This document shows positions 14,822-15,628 of a stretch of 15,628 bases of DNA, one piece after another. This DNA comes from a virus. Its lineage: Duplodnaviria > Heunggongvirae > Uroviricota > Caudoviricetes. The stretch lies in the IMG/VR virus record IMGVR_UViG_3300013126_000015, positions 86,818 to 102,445 of that record; one strand, given 5' to 3'. The number at the start of each line of letters is the position of its first letter. Positions within the stretch are counted from its first letter, which is position 1. The notes beneath the pieces are model-generated. The model worked only from the letters and a program-made list of their open reading frames with translations, was not told the DNA's origin and ran no database searches. A program made the position numbers and the translations under genes.

Positions 14822-15628
14822 TTATCTATTTTTTACAAATTGATACAATGATTCTAGTTTTTGTTTAACTTCCAATGCAGGATGTTCAGCACGACCTACT
14901 TTACCATTTGGAGAATGAATATCATTACTTGGTGGATTAGTAATATGTTTCAACGATGCATATTTTACATCAGGTGAATTACTAAATTCATCAGATAATT
15001 TTTCATGATCATCAGATGACCCAATTATCATAGTTGCATCTTTGTTTAATTCATCATGTCCAACTGGTGGAATTGGGTTACCATTAGCTTGATTACCTTT
15101 TTCAATATTACGAATAACATCTAATATATCATGAATTCCACCTTTACCAGAACCAGACATATTGATAGTCATACTAACATTATCAGATTGTGAGGTTGTT
15201 GGTACCATATCACCACCGCATTCAGTTACAGTATTTTCTTTCATAATTGATTCTTCCATGTCAGGTTCTCCATATTCTTGATAATAATCTTCAAAATCAA
15301 AATCTTGTATTTTTCTACGTAAATGAATTGACTTGCCTGCAGCAGCTAATGCTTTACCACGAAGATATTCAGCGTGTTCAATATCACCATTTCTAGCAGA
15401 ACTCATTGCATCATCCATTATATCATTAACAGAATCACTCATATAAGACAATGCATCATCATCATTTGAATAATCAGCGGTATCATAATCATGATATTCT
15501 TTTACTTCTTTCTTTTTAGCATCTGTCCAACGATCATCATATTCGTCAGGCATATCATCTTCATCATCACGTTGATTATATCTACCTGTTGCGTCTAGTT
15601 CTTTATCATGTTTTTCCCAGTCAAAGTC
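14822..15628 (-). CDS. Acidic hypothetical protein, 5'-truncated (frame stays open to the window edge; at least 268 aa), possibly virion-associated
   Basis: 25 further sense codons upstream of the ORF-track Met at 15553 (DFDWEKHDKELDATGRYNQRDDEDD); Asp/Glu-rich; immediately upstream of terL. Confidence 0.8.
   Translation of the reverse strand, partial: DFDWEKHDKELDATGRYNQRDDEDDMPDEYDDRWTDAKKKEVKEYHDYDTADYSNDDDALSYMSDSVNDIMDDAMSSARNGDIEHAEYLRGKALAAAGKSIHLRRKIQDFDFEDYYQEYGEPDMEESIMKENTVTECGGDMVPTTSQSDNVSMTINMSGSGKGGIHDILDVIRNIEKGNQANGNPIPPVGHDELNKDATMIIGSSDDHEKLSDEFSNSPDVKYASLKHITNPPSNDIHSPNGKVGRAEHPALEVKQKLESLYQFVKNR

Noticed and set aside
15257-15271. GGAG-N8-ATG internal start in the 5'-truncated ORF
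   Set aside because: Only a 4-nt SD, explicable by the Gly-Glu codons.
1-15628. Stop-codon reassignment, tRNAs, CRISPR arrays, group I introns
   Set aside because: Core genes are full length under code 11 and TAA, TAG and TGA all act as stops; gaps are too short for RNA genes and no spacer-repeat pattern or gene-splitting intron is seen.

Overview
AT-rich (roughly 30% GC by eye), densely coding segment of a large lytic tailed phage with T4-superfamily core genes (jumbo-phage-like gene order, standard genetic code). Nearly everything is on the minus strand. In transcription order: an acidic, probably virion-associated protein (open to the right edge) > terminase large subunit > 602-aa acidic conserved-type hypothetical > gp32-like SSB > UvsX/RecA > free-standing GIY-YIG endonuclease > small acidic protein > UvsY > accessory block > UvsW-like SF2 helicase running off the left edge. 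The accessory block holds a predicted outer-membrane beta-barrel, four glycosyltransferase-like genes (one on +), a small HNH nuclease, YqeY and three orphans. The helicase (1768..<1) is absent from the supplied ORF track; I translated it by hand and it carries a 366-aa LAGLIDADG intein in Walker A, with both Cys1 and the class-3 W/C/T signature. The short intergenic gaps carry a lot of structure: T4-late-like TAAATA boxes in 5 of 9 gaps, a 12-bp hairpin that masks the terL Shine-Dalgarno and has the late box inside it, an inverted repeat with mirror-image sigma70-like promoters (one antisense to the late genes), and a strong internal in-frame RBS in the 602-aa gene. No tRNA, rRNA or CRISPR array was seen. 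All family calls come from motif recognition, not database searches.
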